From Chlorokybus atmophyticus (taxonomy: Eukaryota > Plantae > Mesostigma and Chlorokybus algae), in contig RHPI01001311.1 in NCBI GenBank assembly GCA_009103225.1, forward strand, positions 120,808-184,807: a DNA stretch of 64,000 nt, read 5' to 3'. The position numbers were made by a program, and so were the translations under genes. Each line of letters begins with the position of its first letter. The stretch's first letter is position 1. The notes below the pieces were generated by a model. The model saw only the letters and a program-made list of their open reading frames with translations. It was not told the origin of the DNA and ran no database searches. Positions 61,605 to 64,000 of this stretch are shown here, piece by piece.

Positions 61605-64000
61605 TCACGCGTACACATGGTAGTTGCGAAACTTGCTGATGTGAGGGTAGGACCGGCCCTGCTCGCGCCAAGTATCATGATCAAGCTTGACCCAGTGCAT
61701 GAGCTTGCACAAGGTAAGCCTCCCAACAACTTCGCCAGTGTGGTTGTCGTTCACCCTCCAGACACCGGGCGCGATGCGTGTAAGGTAATCGACCTCAACC
61801 TGCTTGTCCTCCTCTAATATGTTCCTAACCACAGCATACCAAGGTCCGGGATCATCCTCGTCGCAGGCGTCTTCTTGTGAGTCTTCATCCACGGAAGGTG
61901 CCTTGCGCGTGTTTGCTCTCTTACTGCGACGTGGCTGCTGGGTTGCGCGTGCATTGCTGTCGTTGAGTTGCTCCTGCAACTCCATGCAGAACTCGTTGGC
62001 AGGTTCTGTGGGCAACTTCAAGTCCCAAACGGACTTGGCTTGATCGCGTATTTGCACCACCTCGCCGACTTTAGGCCAGATGGGGACATCAACATCGCCG
62101 GCCTTGACATGCAGGTCAGGGTTCTGCAGATCATATGCTAGTTGCGGAGCTCTGTCAGCCTTGGAACCAGCTTTGGTCTGCCGATTGGGCAGCATCATGA
62201 ACTTTCGCAGAAGTCTGTCAGCTGGAATACATACTTCGTCGGAGCTCAAAGCCTTCACCAGGGCCGACCTTGTGTCAAGGTCACGGTACAAGGCACCAGC
62301 TGTGTCTGTGTACATGACGTATTGGCGACCAGCAATGAAGACTTGAGGCTTCTTCTTGTAGATATGCACAAATACTTGCTTCACAGCAATGTAACTGTGG
62401 TCGTCTGTTACAACGTTATCAATGCCTAGGGGCGACTCTGTTCTGCACAGTAGAACACAAAGCTTGGTAGCAGTCAGACAGCAAGCACAACAGCACGTGT
62501 GAGGACAGCAATAGCAAGCAATCTAACCTGTGAATCTCCCCATTAAGCAGCACAGCCTTGTAGTGGTAAGCCGTATTCTGCACGAGATGCCTAGCATCTG
62601 CTCTGATGTGCCTGCTGACCATCTCAAACCGCTCTGAGCTTAGTGGTGTGGGTTGACCTGGCAGCTGGCCAATAAGTATGCCTCGAGCAAGAATGTCTTG
62701 TGACTCAGACCGGTGTGGACACGTCTCAGCCTTCTTCCAGAGTTCCAAAGCCTTGCTTTGACTGGGTGCTTCGTACCAGAAACCTCCAACACCGCTGGAC
62801 ACGCGATGGGACCGCAACTGCAGCTGAACGCGTGTTGCAAAGACCATGCCCGTGCGCTGGTCTTCGCGCAAGACAGTAAGCAGCCGCTCGTACCACAAGC
62901 GTACGTGTCGATGTATGTAGCTGAACTCATACTCTTTGTTGTTGGTGCTGGTCTCCAAGTGATCTGAGACAGCGCGCTCGAAGACGTAGCACCAGTACAC
63001 ATCATGGCTGCCGTGGCGGAAGATATCGTCCAGCAGATGACCTGCTCCAGCAGCATGCTCTAGAGGTCTCAAGTTGTGGCCAAAGCATTCTTCTGAGTTG
63101 ATACGCCAGTAACGCAGTAAGCTGTCTGCCAGTCTGAGGGTGTCTTCGGTCCAGCCATTGAAGCGGGAGTGGCGATAGAACAGGCAGATGAGCTTGTGTA
63201 AGGACATGAAGACGTCGCGCATGTGCGAAGTCAGCAAGCCCATTGTCACGTAAGGTGCAAAGTCCTGCATAAACTTCTGGTAGTCTTTTGCCTTCCACCA
63301 GCCCAGCCTGTCTGCAATCCCCTTTGGAGAGCGCCCGGATCGCATTTCCTTGATCAAGGCTGCAGTGAAGTCCTTAAGCCTAGCCTCCACCAAGGGAACA
63401 TCCACCACCCTTTCGTGCGCTCCCTTTGCAAAAACTGCATGGCAGAGGCCCTTCACTAGACCTTCACACAAGGTGTGCATGACGTCGTACACCACATCCT
63501 TGAGTGGGCTGAAGCCATAGGCATGGTAGAGGCGCCATAGTTGGCTCCTGCCTGTGACACCTGTCTCCATGCTGACTTGTGTTCCAATAGCAGGGGTAGC
63601 AGCAGTCTCCAGCTTATCAATGTTGGTCAGAGTCTCCTGTTCTTCTCTCTCGGGCCATAAATGTCTCGAGTGCATGAAGTTCTGATCGTAGCGGTAGACC
63701 TTCTTCTGGTAGGTGTTGAGCTCCACTGCTTGGGAGTTGCTAGGACCAGCTGGACCATTGCTGGTTGATGCAGCAGCACGCTTCTTGCTGGCAGGTTGCT
63801 TCTTCTTCTTCTTCTTCTTTTTCTTCTCAGCCGCCTGCTTCTTATTCCTGCTGGCAGACTTTGCCTGGCTGCTGGACTTGGAAACAGCCTTCTTGCAAGC
63901 AGACACCTGCTCGTTGTCGGACTCTGGAGCAGCCTTGCGCTTTACAGGCCTTTGGGCTTCTTCCATGTAGGGCTGGGCCTTACACCAGCATCTGCGGCAG
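61605..64000 (-). CDS. CACTA/EnSpm (CMC)-type transposase, 5' part outside the window; intron 62527-62443
   Basis: The frame is open to the window edge (CRRCWCKAQPY). Motifs TGVTGRSQLWRL..DVVYDVMHTLCEG (DxxH), WKAKDY and HLLDDIFRHG..YWCYVFER are typical of CMC transposases. A phase-2 intron joins GEIHR|TESPLG to the 61605-62384 ORF. Confidence 0.8.

Larger units (their letters stand above)
49936..64000 (-). mobile_element. One end of a large CACTA/EnSpm (CMC superfamily)-type DNA transposon; the other end lies beyond the window
   Basis: CMC-type transposase at the right edge, a TnpA-like gene on the same strand, a subterminal CGGCACA repeat array, and a candidate CAC-starting terminus at 49936/49938. 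The TIR and TSD cannot be verified in this window. Confidence 0.6.

Overview
Eukaryotic genomic DNA with GT-AG introns that are TG-rich on the sense strand and AT-rich intergenic tracts. It is probably a streptophyte green alga; this is an inference from a 14-exon PMI1/PMIR-family gene together with a CEP164-type WW module. The left ~45 kb holds host genes: a coiled-coil/WW gene, an inverted duplication carrying two intact 'integrase-repeat' genes, PMIR, a DnaJ-type zinc-finger gene, a divergent UvrD-like helicase and a CCCH-CCCH-RRM-RING gene. It also has a tRNA-headed structured region. The right ~14 kb looks like one end of a large multi-gene CACTA/EnSpm (CMC)-type DNA transposon. From left to right this comprises a subterminal 26-bp repeat array, a spliced SAM-domain/TnpA-like gene, a TTAGGG tract between two divergent genes, a BED-finger/coiled-coil gene with a complete Copia retrotransposon in its first intron, and the transposase, which runs off the window edge. 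All exon models and domain calls were made by eye and need RNA-seq and HMM confirmation.
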